NCBI GenBank assembly: GCA_964035545.1
Contig: OZ037768.1
Location: 5,550,741-5,614,740 of the forward strand
DNA length: 64,000 bases
Reading direction: 5' to 3'
Source: Bugula neritina
Taxonomy: Eukaryota > Animalia > Bryozoa
The translations under genes and the position numbers were made by a program. Each line of letters opens with the position of its first letter. Position 1 is the first letter of the stretch. This document shows positions 52,609 through 64,000 of the stretch, piece after piece. The notes under the pieces are model-generated. The model was not told the origin of the DNA, made no database searches, and saw only the letters and a list, made by a program, of their open reading frames with translations.

Positions 52609-55600
52609 CAGTAGCAGTGGCAGCAGTAGTAGTAGCAGCAGTAGTAGTAGCAGCAGTAGTAGTAGCAGCAGTAGCAGCAGCAGCAGTAGCAGCAGTAGCA
52701 GCAGCAGCAGTAGCAGCAGCAGTAGTAGCAGCAGCAGTAGTAGCAGCAGCAGTAGTAGTAGTAGTAGTAGTAGTAATAGTAGTAATAGTAGTAGTAGTAT
52801 TAGTAGTACTAATAGTAGTAGTAGTAGTATTAGTAGTAGTAATAGTAGTAGTAGTGGCAGGAGTAGCAGTAGTAAAGTGAAATGTTATACAGTAGATAAC
52901 TTTTAATATTAAGATATTCATTGAAAGTGAAACTAACACAAATGAGACACCAAAGAGCCAAGTAATACAGAGAATAACAAAATTGTCATTTGCTCTTTGT
53001 GTTTTGTTACTTGAGCTTACAATTTTCTAAACAAGTCTTCAAAAAATAACTCCCAAACAAATGTTATAACAAAAGTGGCACTATAAAGAAGTAAAAGAAG
53101 ACAAAGTAAACTACATTTGTGCTGGAGCTATTAACAGTGCGTAAATTGCTTTACTATAAAAAATATTCATATTTAACATGAAAATTAATAAACAAATGAA
53201 TAACTATTTTACAACTGGTAGTCTTGACTTAGTAGGAACAGAGTAAGCATTATTGAGTTAGTAGCAAGTTTTGTAAGATACACCTGGGTGTCATAGTGAA
53301 GTATTATTATATTATTTAATTTTTTATTAGAGACAATGACTGCCCACACCTGGTCTATTGGCATCACAGCAGACACCTGCTGCCTGCCTATCTATTATAT
53401 CATCGGCAGCACTAAATGTGCAATATGATTGAACCCCAACAGCTGCTGTAAAATACTCTCAGTGACTATCAAAATAATAAAGATATAAATAATACTGAAA
53501 GTATAGCAAAATCTACTGGGTTTAATAGCCATTGGTGCTGTCTTGAAAAATCTTTACCAATAAGGGTTCTCATAACGATGTAGACTTTATACAAAGACAT
53601 GTTTTTCATATATAAGCATATTATAAAACTATAGTAATACACTGGATAAAGTAGTTTGTCTCATGAAGTTATATTTAGAGATATTAATAAAGAAATTTAT
53701 TTAAATTCTAAATTTCTAAAAATTAAAAGCTTTAAAACAAAAAATTTGGTATTGCCATTTTTGTTTCTCATTAACCCAGGATTCCAGATCAATTGCAAAT
53801 GCTCTGCCATAAAAGTGATTAAAATACTAACACTACAAGATTTCATAGACTGGCTAGCCATATTTCTCAAGTTAGTAGTATTGTTTAAATTGAGGGTGGG
53901 TACCATTGAGCCCTGGCATAGTAGCCAAATACAAGAATTAGTACGACACAACTTCCAACTTATAATACATGCATGACACTGTATAACATATGTGTGTAAA
54001 GATAGAAAGTTACTACAGAAATGATGATCTTAGATAGAGAGTAACTTCTAGAGAGGTACACATCAATATAGTATAGATAGTAGATACAAGTACACATGAG
54101 TTCCGATACATAACATCATTGGACAAATACCTGCACGAATTCAACGCACCTTCACTGACATAACCTATCTATAAAACAAGTCTACAATTCAATGCTAATT
54201 CATAAACTTCTAGGAGGTTAATAGTAGTGATATCTCAAGACATGTGACAAGGAACTGTGGCATACAATTTGAGAATATCAACACCACCGCTAATGTTTTC
54301 AAGCACTACAAACTGAGATTGTACAGGAATATGGTATATGATTGTAGTGGAAAAAGGAAGTGAATAAAGAAAAGTAGAAAGTTGGGTGGTACCTGAGTAT
54401 TGTTCATTGTCATGATGAGAGCATGTAACATTGACAATCCTTGCATCTCCCGTCATATGGGCAGCAGTGATTAAATAGTCTAACAGTAGATGTGTGAGCA
54501 AGAAAGGTCCTGTGAAAGAATCGCAGGTTATAATTTCATTAGATACATCACTTTAAATAATTACATGCAATCAAGTGAAATATTGCATCAACACATTTCC
54601 ATGATTTTAATTAAAACTGCAAGTGTACATATCTTTAATTTTTTCATACAAGGTACTAGTGAGATTTATTTATTGTGATACGATTTGTAAGGCAGCCATT
54701 AATGTCTACATTTAAAGCCAGTATAGTTATGATAGGTACATTATTTAGCAAAGAGAAGGTTGTTTGTAATGCTATAAGTGTAAACTAAAAGAAAATCCTC
54801 ATTTACAAGTCTAAATAGACTTTGATACGATATTTGGGCAGTTGAAAAGCCGTTCTATGAGTTATCTTTCCAAGAACAACTTTACTAGCACTGCGTTTCC
54901 ATGAAGGCGAATGAATGCGTACGAGTGCCCGTACGGATTACATCGAAGGAAAAACCACACGTTCCTATGCAATCCGTACGAAGTTATCTTCTCTTTGCAA
55001 TTGTGACTGCTGAACTAAAATGATAATTAATATGGCCAACTTTGAGTTTGAGTTCATGCACGACGGCAATTTTTTAATTCTGTCCCCACTTTTGATAGAT
55101 TAACTCAATCAAATACACAAACTTTGAGTCAGTTTATTTAAAATAAAAAAGCATAAACCAATTAAAGCATAAAGTATTTCTCGATCGATAAACTTAAGCT
55201 TAAAAGTAATTTAAATTTTCAAAATGAAAATAGCTGTCAACTTATTTTTAGCTTGGGAAAGCTTTGGCTTACGGAAAAAAATTACAATTTTAAGATGATT
55301 AGTAACTACTCTAAATAATAGCAGCTATGATAAATAAAATAATTTAAATTTTTAAAGCCGAAGTACACTTTAGCGTAGGTTGTAACTTATAATTATTATT
55401 TACATCGCGTAACTATGTAACTAGCCGCCACAAATGCTGATCTCTGCCTCCGGCACAAAAGGTTTCATTCGATTTAACCGAAGGAACCATTTCCATCATG
55501 CGCATAATGCGAAGGAAAATTTTCATCGAAGGAGCCGTTCGGTGTAATTTTCGGCTGCGGTTTTGCTTCGATGCAACTGTTTCCATAGGGCGAATGAGAA

Positions 55601-56202
55601 AATCCATTCGCATAATGCGATAATGGAAACGCAGTGTAGTAGAAACCAAGTGAAACTACAAGTTTGTTTAATAATAGACTTTGGGGTCATATTTACCAAT
55701 GTGATTTGTTGCCATAGTTACTTCTAGTTTGTCATTGGTAGGTTTTGCAGCAAGATCTCTAGAAGAAAGTTTTATTGCTGCATTGTTTATTAAAACATTT
55801 AGCTTTCTCTTCTTTAAAATGAAATGCCTCACAAAATCTCGGACAGAGGTGAGAGAAGATAAATCTAACTGTAACACAAAATGCACATTATTAGCAAAAT
55901 ATTAGATAATAAGAATTGCTGAAAGTGCTAAAAATCTCATAATAATCTTAAATATATTATTCAGCCTACATGGTAAGCTTGGTAAAAGGTGTGAAACCTG
56001 TAAGAGCCACAATTAAAAATTAGGCCAAGGAGTTACCCAATGAAATGGCTACTTCATACATGTCCATATACATATATGTGCATTGCTAATAAGTCTTCAT
56101 TGCCAGTCACTTTGAAAGATTTAGTGACTTATAGAAGCTAATGAGTAACAAGTACAAACAATGTGAAGATGATAAGATACCGGTCAGATTCATGTAGTAG
56201 TG

Positions 56203-56281
<79 letters not shown>

Positions 56282-56457
56282 CAGTAGTAGTAGCAGCAGT
56301 AGTAGTAGTAATAGTAGTAGTAGTGGCAGTAGTAGTAGTGGCAGTAGTAGTAGTAGTAGCAGTAGTAGTAGTGGTAGTAGTAGTAGTAGTAGTGGTAGTA
56401 GTGGTAGTAGTGGTAGTAGTGGTAGTAGTGGTAGTAGTAGTAGTAGTGGTAGTAGTG

Positions 56458-56488
<31 letters not shown>

Positions 56489-57249
56489 AATCAGCAGCAG
56501 CAGTAGTGTCATTACCAAGTATGTATAAGGTATGCTAATGCCTGTGACAAGCCTAAATTGACATTAAAACATCTGGAAATTGAGAAGTCTGCAACAAATT
56601 GGCAATAAATCAAAGGTGTACTCAAAATATGCTAAGCTATACGAGCTGTGCATACACTACTTCCCTCTACAATACACTACCATCTGAGTTATTGTATTAT
56701 TCACACAGACCTGCATACAAGATACTAAGGCACTGGGGTTTTCCTTTCGAATATTCTGTACAGCCACTTGTCCTTTATCTGGATCTTTACAAGCTAGTAC
56801 GACATCATATCCACCCTCGGCAGCGAGATATCGAGCTGTTTCGTATCCCAGACCTCTGTCAGCTCCAGTGACGATCACTACCCGCCCGGTCATCTGCAAT
56901 GATATCAGCAGAACTTGAGAGAATGCTCCTCGCAGGAAGGTACCAGCATCTGGTGTGTATCAAGTAAACACCCTGGGAAGGGGTTGTGTGCTCGCTACCT
57001 GCTTACCGAGACAGTTACTGTAGTCCTGAGTAATACAACAGGTTAAGTTGATGACCTATGCAGTAACTGACAAGATGATGAAATACCAACATACAAATGA
57101 GACACTCCTTTAGCTGTAGAAATACACGACTGATGACTTACAGAGTCAGCATCTGCATAAGCTTCCAACAACCCTACACTTTCATATATGTCCCCCCTGT
57201 ACTTCTTCTTCCTATACCGCACTGGCACACTTGCCCTCACACCAAACAT
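50809..57249 (-). CDS. Retinol dehydrogenase 11/12/14-like short-chain dehydrogenase/reductase, ~372 aa (N-terminus uncertain)
   Basis: Exons 57249-57142, 57025-56972, 56893-56711, 55868-55697, 54509-54393, 52432-52271, 51762-51601, 50969-50809. Motifs TGADRGLG, LDLSSL.SVR, LINNAA, TNHIGPFLLT, YKNSKLCN (YxxxK), VNPG, and a C-terminal GNYY...SSIESYDKELRQKVW. Confidence 0.9.
52447..52875 (+). repeat. Compound (GTA)n/(GCA)n trinucleotide microsatellite
   Basis: About 430 bp of GTA with GCA, GTG and ATA variants. It produces the spurious poly-V and poly-T ORFs. Confidence 0.97.
54889..55636. mobile_element. Non-autonomous DNA transposon with CACTG termini (CACTA/EnSpm-like), 748 bp
   Basis: Perfect 14-bp TIR CACTGCGTTTCCAT / ATGGAAACGCAGTG, 3-bp TSD TAG (54886-54888 and 55637-55639), and subterminal repeats (CGAAGGA, CGCATAATGCGA, TTTCCAT..GGCGAATG). 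Confidence 0.85.
56194..56507 (+). repeat. Compound (GTA)n microsatellite with GTG/GCA variants
   Basis: About 310 bp. It produces the spurious poly-S, poly-V and poly-L ORFs. Confidence 0.97.
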
Positions 57250-58889
57250 GACTAACCAACGAACACTCACCACTATTGCACGAGAAGCAGATAAACCCAA
57301 ATATAGTACAAAGATCAGCACCCAAATGACATATATTCCGTTATCAAATACTATCACTACTACATTCTATAAGGGAAAGCATGCTTCACCGACACTACAC
57401 CTATTTACAGCAAGCATTGGCACAAACTGTGGGTTAACAATAATAGTAACTGCAACTACCTATTGCAACCTTTATGCAAGGCACACCTGCTTATTCAAAA
57501 TTCTTTCAATGTAAAGGCATTCGGTGTTAGTTTTGCAGCCTGTCTTTGATGTGCATTAGTAGTCCTACGAGTGAAACTGGAGACTATATTTTGTTATATG
57601 AGAAGGTGTGCAGATACAACAATATATCTATATACTAGTATAGTATTACACCTTACTATACTGTGCACTATAATTATATACTATACTATATTACACTAAG
57701 GATCACCTATATGCCACACTATAATATTATTTTAAGCTATAACAATATACAAGAACATTTTTTCCTCAAAGACTTGAATCATACGTCAAAGTCAAGATAA
57801 AAATACGACTCAGTATTTTCCTTATTCAGACAGAGGAAGCTTAGATGCCTTAATTAACACAAGGTAGAATGTTCTAGATTTTCTATAAAATAATCTGGAA
57901 TTTACCTTCCAAAGTTTAATTGAAATTACAGATTGCAAAATAATTTAACATTGACTTGAAACTCATTCTTAACAAACAATTGTTACAAATTGTGTTTTCT
58001 TTAGTAGACATAACTGTCATGGCCATTGACAACAATGTACATGCCTTCTTGCAGTGAAAAAATTTAAATAAGGCTATGGGTGACTTTAATAATGCCAAAA
58101 ACTTAATTAAATCTTTGAGCTTGATAGGATTTCTTACAATAGAACAATATCATCAGTATTTGAAAGTTGCAGTCACATAAAAATACATTGTAAATCAGAT
58201 GTGAAAACCTATTTGTTTGAAAAACCTTTGATTCCAGTAGAAATTTCTGTTAAGAATTTATCTAACCTTAAACTAAAAACAAGCCTTGTAAACTAGCATA
58301 CTGTTAGACCTAGGCCTATGTTAAGCAAAAATACAAAATAATATCACTATTAACAATCCCATACCACCACCCAGACAGAACAAAGGCAGTGAAAAGAGAA
58401 TAATATTACTGAAGCAACGTTTATTGAATTCGTTTTTAGTTATGATATTGTAATAATCAAAGCCTTCATTATGCATAGCTCATACAGTATAGCATATTAA
58501 TTCACTCTTACGGCATATTGTACTAAATACACAGTCTATGTGATTCATGTATGCATTAAACATAGGTAAAAAATATTTGACCAAAGCTAAGGGTTGCTTA
58601 AATTATTATAGAGATTGTATAAACTGTATATTGTTAACATAACTGGTGCGTTTACCTATTCACACCAACATCTTATATACACATGAGAATGAAACAGAGC
58701 ACAAAGAACTACTTTCATTAAACTTCAACACAATGTATTTAAGTCAAAAGTACAACATTCATATCATTAAGGTACTTCCAACATTAAACTTATGCAAACT
58801 CATTTAGATTGGGGAAAAAAGTAAAATGTAAAATATGTTTGCCATAAACAAAATTGACTGATAATTTCAACTTTTAACAAAAAGAGTCT

Positions 58890-59050
58890 AAAATAGTGTG
58901 GTTGAAGACATTAAAATTCACAAAACATACTAAGTGAGTGTCACTGTGAGAGAGTGAAAAAAACAGGACAGCATGGGTTCGATCCAGAGTAAAGGACATT
59001 GGTGATGTTAGGAAGAGCATCCAGTCATAATTGCTCCTGTGCCACAGGGG
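58890..59050 (+). mobile_element. tRNA-derived SINE relic
   Basis: A-box-like TAGTGTGGTTGA (~58894) and B-box GGTTCGATCC (58976-58985), followed by GGTGATGTTAGGAAGAGCATCCAGTCATAA, which resembles the AGGAAGGGCATCCGGC segment of RTE-associated invertebrate SINEs. Confidence 0.45.
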
Positions 59051-60417
59051 TTTTTCACAGGGATAGTTACTATATAAACTAGTTTTTATTTAGACACTAG
59101 ATTAATTTTTCAAATAAATGTGTTCTAACACCAATAGTGCAACACTCCGAAAAAAGATTTTGACAAAGGCAATATGTATGGTAAATGAACTGAGCTAAGA
59201 CTGGGTAGCACTAGCAGACATTATCTCTTTTGCATAATTAGTAAAGATATCATAACAAATTGAATTATTTTAAATCTGATGACTTGCTTATTAGTACTAT
59301 AGGTTATCACCAAAAATATCTCCATGCGGTGCTGAAGCTAGAGCTTCAAATCTGATCATTACTATTAACAATTATTTCCTCATCTAGAATGCCCACAACC
59401 TTTTGGACAGCAACAAGTGCTCAGTTAGCCATTTGCCTTGATAAAAATGAGCACTTAATATTAATAGAAAAAAACTTATGGAAAATGATGTTTATCGCGT
59501 ATGGTATTTGCAATAGAAGTTTCTACAAAAACAACTTTTTTGTCACTGATCGTGTTTGGTATTCCCATTAAAATAAACTCAATCCACTGTAAATGTTGAC
59601 TTGAAACAAGATTGGCTTGGCTGTAAACTACCACACCGTAAATGTAAACTATTAGGGTGATTCCATACACATGTATTATGTATACTAAAGAGTTACACAC
59701 TGGTAGTTGTAAATCATAGGGCTAGGTTTCTGTTGATGACTGAAATCTCTGGTAATCATAATGATAATGTACTAAACCTACTTACTGTTAGTTATTCTTA
59801 TATTAATTACATTTATTGATTTAATTTGATAATACTTAGTATGAGTACTATATTCGATCTCATATTGATATTCACATTATATTTATTGCTATAAAATTTA
59901 ATATATAATAATTATTATATTTATAATAATACTATTATTTTATAATAGTAATCACTTCATAATTTAAATTATTAATTATTAATATTATTAAAATCATAAT
60001 AATCTATTGAGAGGTCTTGGGACTTAACCCAATCAAGATCAAGATGATTTGATCATGACAGACGCAGCAGTAGCCGCATACTCATACTCATACTTATAGT
60101 TATAACCAACCTCGTAAAATAAGTTATACTTACTCTTACTCTTAGTCTTCTACTTATACTTATAGTTATACTTGTAGATTATAGTTAATGTTATACTTAT
60201 ACTTATAGTAATAATTATACTTATAGTTATACTTATAAGTTATACTTATATTATAAGTTATACTTTTAGCTATGCCTATAGCCATTAGCCAGAGCCCATA
60301 GAGTCATTAGTATTATAATTATTATTAACTTGCACTTGCACTTGCAGTCTGAGTCTACCACTTTGCACCCAGAGTTGGCTAGAATTAATTCCACTGCAAG
60401 GCATTAGCAAGGCAGTC

Positions 60418-60509
60418 GCAAAAGGTTAAATATTAATATATCACTCTGCTCTGAGCAACCCGAGGGGCTAGAGCCCAGTGTGATCTATTATCTAACTTTA
60501 ACCCTTTGC
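60418..60509. repeat. Imperfect palindrome in the SDR/CCS divergent intergenic region
   Basis: GCAAAAGGTTAAA...ATCAC.CTG.CTCT pairs with AGAGCCCAGTGTGAT...TTTAACCCTTTGC. Confidence 0.7.
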
Positions 60510-60848
60510 TAGAGCCTAGAGAGTTAAAATTGCAAAATTTAAAGCATAATAATATTAAATTAGTACGTTAGAATCGCTGTAATGTAGTATTGCGTTTGGA
60601 ACCTATAAAAAAAATCTCTGCTTTTCTTAATTTGAACTTGTATCAAAAATATTATTATATTAAAAACACAAAATTTTATTTTATTTTAAACTAAAAAATA
60701 AAATCTATGTGCCGTTTTCTACAATGACTTGGAATACACTTCTATTTCTATTTTTCACACTCAAATTAAAACAGCGTTATCTCTTAATCTCCTAATGGTT
60801 GAAAACATGGAAACATAACTCCCTAGTTATTACAACCAGTTAAAAATC

Positions 60849-60878
60849 ATTGGTTGAAAATGTTGATCATGTGACTAA
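60849..60878. promoter_or_regulatory. Inverted CCAAT box plus E-box/CLEAR-like site at the CCS start
   Basis: ATTGG at 60849-60853 and TGATCATGTGACTAA at 60864-60878, 5 nt before the ATG. Confidence 0.45.
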
Positions 60879-60883
60879 AAAAA

Positions 60884-61675
60884 ATGGCTGAACCGCCCGT
60901 AACGACCAAAGTGCAACTAGCAGTTGAATTAGCTTGCGATACATGTTCTAACGATGTTAAATTGTTGTTAGAAGCAAACAAGGGTATTAAAAATGTTGCG
61001 GTTAATATTGAAAAACAAACTGTAGTTGTTGAAACATTGCTGTCCACTAATAAGGTTGTTGATCTTATAGAATCTTCAGGCAAAAAGGCGATTGTAACCG
61101 GAGTTGGCGCAGCAGGGAGCCAGGTGTTAAATTTAGGCAGTGCAGTTGCAATCATGCATGAAGGGAACCCATCCTCAGGTGTAAGAGGTGTTACAAGAAT
61201 AGTACAAAGTACTGAAGCAATCTGTGTAATTGAAGGAACCTTAGACGGACTGGCCCCGAATTTAGAACATCGGCTTAGTATCCATGAATACGGTGATATA
61301 AGCAATGGTTGTCATTCTTGTGGTGATATATTTGTTGGATTATCAAACCTAAACTCTCAGGACAAGCATCGTTATGGAGATCTTGGTAAAATACAATCAA
61401 ATAATTTGGGCAGATCAAATTTTCGAATTCAAAGTGACCGAGTAAAAGTATGGGACATTATTGGACGATCAATGCTAGTAAGCTCACCATTAGATTTACC
61501 CTCTGCCAATAAATCTGAAAATGGTGGGTGGACTAAAATTGCTTGTGGAATTATTGCTCGTTCAGCTGGTATATTTGAAAATTTCAAAAAGATTTGTGCA
61601 TGTGATGGTACTACGTTATGGGACGAGTACACCCTTCAGCAAAATGCCAAGTCTAGTCCTAACTCCCACCTATAA
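60884..61675 (+). CDS. CCS: Copper chaperone for superoxide dismutase, intronless, 263 aa
   Basis: HMA domain (LACDTC), SOD-like domain (IHEYGD...GDLG...KVWDIIGRS), and domain III IACGIIARSAGIFENFKKICACDGTTLWDE with the CXC motif. Confidence 0.96.
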   Translation: MAEPPVTTKVQLAVELACDTCSNDVKLLLEANKGIKNVAVNIEKQTVVVETLLSTNKVVDLIESSGKKAIVTGVGAAGSQVLNLGSAVAIMHEGNPSSGVRGVTRIVQSTEAICVIEGTLDGLAPNLEHRLSIHEYGDISNGCHSCGDIFVGLSNLNSQDKHRYGDLGKIQSNNLGRSNFRIQSDRVKVWDIIGRSMLVSSPLDLPSANKSENGGWTKIACGIIARSAGIFENFKKICACDGTTLWDEYTLQQNAKSSPNSHL

Positions 61676-61799
61676 AAATATTTAGTTGATTTTTAAATTT
61701 ATTATAAATACTTTTATTATTAAATAGCATTAAATGGTCTAAAAAATAAAAATTTGCTTTAATTGTCTATACATTGTCTAATAAAGTACAAATATATTT

Positions 61800-63966
61800 T
61801 CAATGGACTGTCTTTTTACTCTTCACACTCTCGTTGTCAAAGTTACTGTCTCCAGCTAATGTGCTGTCATCAAAATTTATTGCGTCATCAGCAGGGGGAA
61901 AGTTTTCGTCATCAAAATTGTCCGTGTTCAAAAGACTATCAACAACTGACCATATAGTAGGCCTTGCTTCCATACGACAGAACACACATAAAGTTTTGCC
62001 AGGGGTTGTGGTATCGTCCAACATTGCCACTGAGAAAGGCTTTTTACAGTTGTTACACTAAAATTTATAAGAATATTAATAAAAAGATTGTTATTTGAGC
62101 CAAAATAATATTTATATTTTAATTACAAAGAGATTTGTCAGGTAAAAAAAATTAGCAGCCAAAATGATTTATTAAATTGCTTCTCTGCAGCTTTTTAGTT
62201 ACAGGAAACCTATTTCACAAACCAACTGTTAAAATAAAATTATGTTCACTCACTGTCGATACTCGAAAACCAACTGATTTTTTGTTATCGGCAGCTGGGG
62301 CTGGAATTTTATCACTTTCTGCAACATTCCACAGTCTTATAGTGCAATCTTTTGAAGCTGACATAACCCATTGGCCAGACTGACTGAAGGATACATCTGT
62401 CACCCAGTCTTCATGACCCTACAGATATATTAGTATTCCAAGTACACTGCAGATAGTCAACATTTAGCAGTTACTAACATTAAACTAGTATATATTATCA
62501 AGTGAAAAAAGCGCGATATGCTTGATGACATTTTTACGTTTCTTAATAATGCATAACAAATGTTTTACCCTTTCAAAACAGTTCAGCAGATTTAAATAAT
62601 GTAATTTGACTTATATATTGAAAGGGTGAGTTGAAAGATTTTATTATTTAAAATTTTATGCTTTTATGTGAGTTTTCATGAAATAACTCTTGTCAATTTG
62701 GAGTGCCTGTAGCTAGTTCTAACTTGAGGGCTTACAATTATGTAATTTACATACTCTATACCTGAAGCTTAAGTTTTAAGTTGTGCTCCGTTGCATCCCA
62801 TATCAGGATATTTTTATCATAAGAAGCAGATGCCAAAAGGCTGCCTAAAAATGGTCAAAGATGAAAACATCAACGCAACTCTTTCAAAAGACATAAATAT
62901 TGACTGAGTATCATTTCACATAATTACAATTAATTAAATTAAGCAGCATAATACAAAGTTTAAACTACATTTTTTAACTGGAAATGATAAGGAGACAAAT
63001 ATTGGACAAACCATCTTGATTAAAAGCCACAGCACTTATGCATCCTTCATGTAATTTTTCCAATCCCTTTGGCCCATGTGACCTATACATCCCGGTGGTA
63101 ATGTCCCATAGATAGATCATTTTATCCCAGCCACATGTAGCCACCAGCTGTCCATTTGTTGTAGTAGCCGCGTCTGCTATAACACTTTCGTGTGCATTTA
63201 ATGTAACTGTGTTAATGCCAGATTTCATGTCCCAAAATTTGCACGTTTTGTCCATTGATGTGCTGATGACTCGTACATCTTTAGCATCAAATGAACACTT
63301 TGTGATGGTGCTGGAGTGGAGATCTATGTAATACAAATAACAGAATATTTATTATATTTGAGTTATAAAAATAAAATATAAACTTGCCAGTCATGTGATA
63401 TAAAAGGAGGCACTTGAAAATTTATCATCTCATATTTATAAAATATGTTTATGAAAAAATAACTTGTAATCGATAAATTGATTATATCTCAATGTCACTC
63501 AGGTTATATAGCGAATTCTTACCAACTACTTGCTTTACTAATTTTCCAGTTAATGCATCCCATAGTTTGATAGAGTGGTCCAGGTCTGAGCATGATACAA
63601 CGAGTTTTCCATCTCTGGAGAAGTTACAATCGGTGACTATGCCTCTATGTTCACCTGTCCACTGCAACCATTTCAGAAGTTAGCTACAGACACGTGCTTA
63701 ATAAAACACATTATTCTTGTCTCTTGTCATACACACAGATTGCTTTCAAATCACATGGTATTACAGTAGAGTTGCAGTGTAAACATAATATATAAAATAA
63801 ATAATAATTCTAAGGATCTATTATAGAACAAGTTTGTCAGCTATGCACCTCCTGTGCAGGGCAGACATAGTACTACCATCATAATATTGTATCCACGCTT
63901 ACCAGAAATATTCCTGTCTCGGCGTCAGTAAGTCTAACTTTCTTGTCCCAAGCACTGGATATAATT
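61800..63966 (-). CDS. WDR88: WD repeat-containing protein 88 (3' portion; 5' exons lie beyond the window)
   Basis: Exons 63966-63903, 63661-63523, 63323-63012, 62844-62762, 62418-62254, 62057-61800. WD40 repeats (GHEDWVTDVSFS...IRLWN) followed by the WDR88-type C-terminal CNNCKKPFS...CVFCR motif. Confidence 0.88.
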
Positions 63967-64000
63967 CTGAAACAAAATTATTAATAAAATGATGCGAGTA

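Noticed and set aside
52433-52939. Poly-Thr/Ala and poly-Val ORFs
   Set aside because: Translations of an intronic GTA/GCA microsatellite.
55413-55649. 78-aa ORF in a CpG-rich segment
   Set aside because: Lies in the subterminal repeats of the CACTG element and has no transposase motifs.
56138-56538. Poly-Ser, poly-Val and poly-Leu ORFs
   Set aside because: Microsatellite artefacts inside an SDR intron.
58890-58990. Possible tRNA gene
   Set aside because: Has A/B-box-like motifs but no cloverleaf or acceptor stem; better explained as a SINE head.
60847-61305. 152-aa ORF antisense to CCS, and similar shadow ORFs over WDR88 and LRIG exons
   Set aside because: Antisense shadows of real coding sequence with no recognisable motifs.

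Overview
AT-rich, intron-rich genomic DNA from an animal, probably an invertebrate (lophotrochozoan-like by inference). It is not prokaryotic and contains no CRISPR or rRNA. Seven protein-coding genes can be assembled by hand from GT-AG exons that keep reading frame: an uncharacterised RING-HC/coiled-coil protein (+, 4589-8632), sterol O-acyltransferase SOAT/ACAT (-, 10164-17392), a CD-M6PR/Atg27-like MRH receptor (+, 24928-31116), an LRIG receptor (+, 33693-49937), an RDH11/12/14-like short-chain dehydrogenase (-, 50809-57249), an intronless CCS copper chaperone (+, 60884-61675) and the 3' part of WDR88 (-, 61800 to beyond the window end). The main feature missing from the ORF track is a ~5.3 kb decayed Kolobok DNA transposon (19364-24634) between the divergent SOAT and M6PR-like promoters. 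It has TTAA target duplications, 24-bp TIRs and a spliced, frameshifted KolX (P2X7 C-terminal-domain-like) pseudogene. Also present: a CACTG-ended element with TAG target duplication, several MITEs and palindromes, a Helitron-like double-hairpin element, a SINE relic, a decayed transposase at the window start, and two GTA/GCA microsatellites. A 3/6-nt-periodic simple sequence clusters around gene 5' ends. All calls come from reading the sequence; no database search was run.
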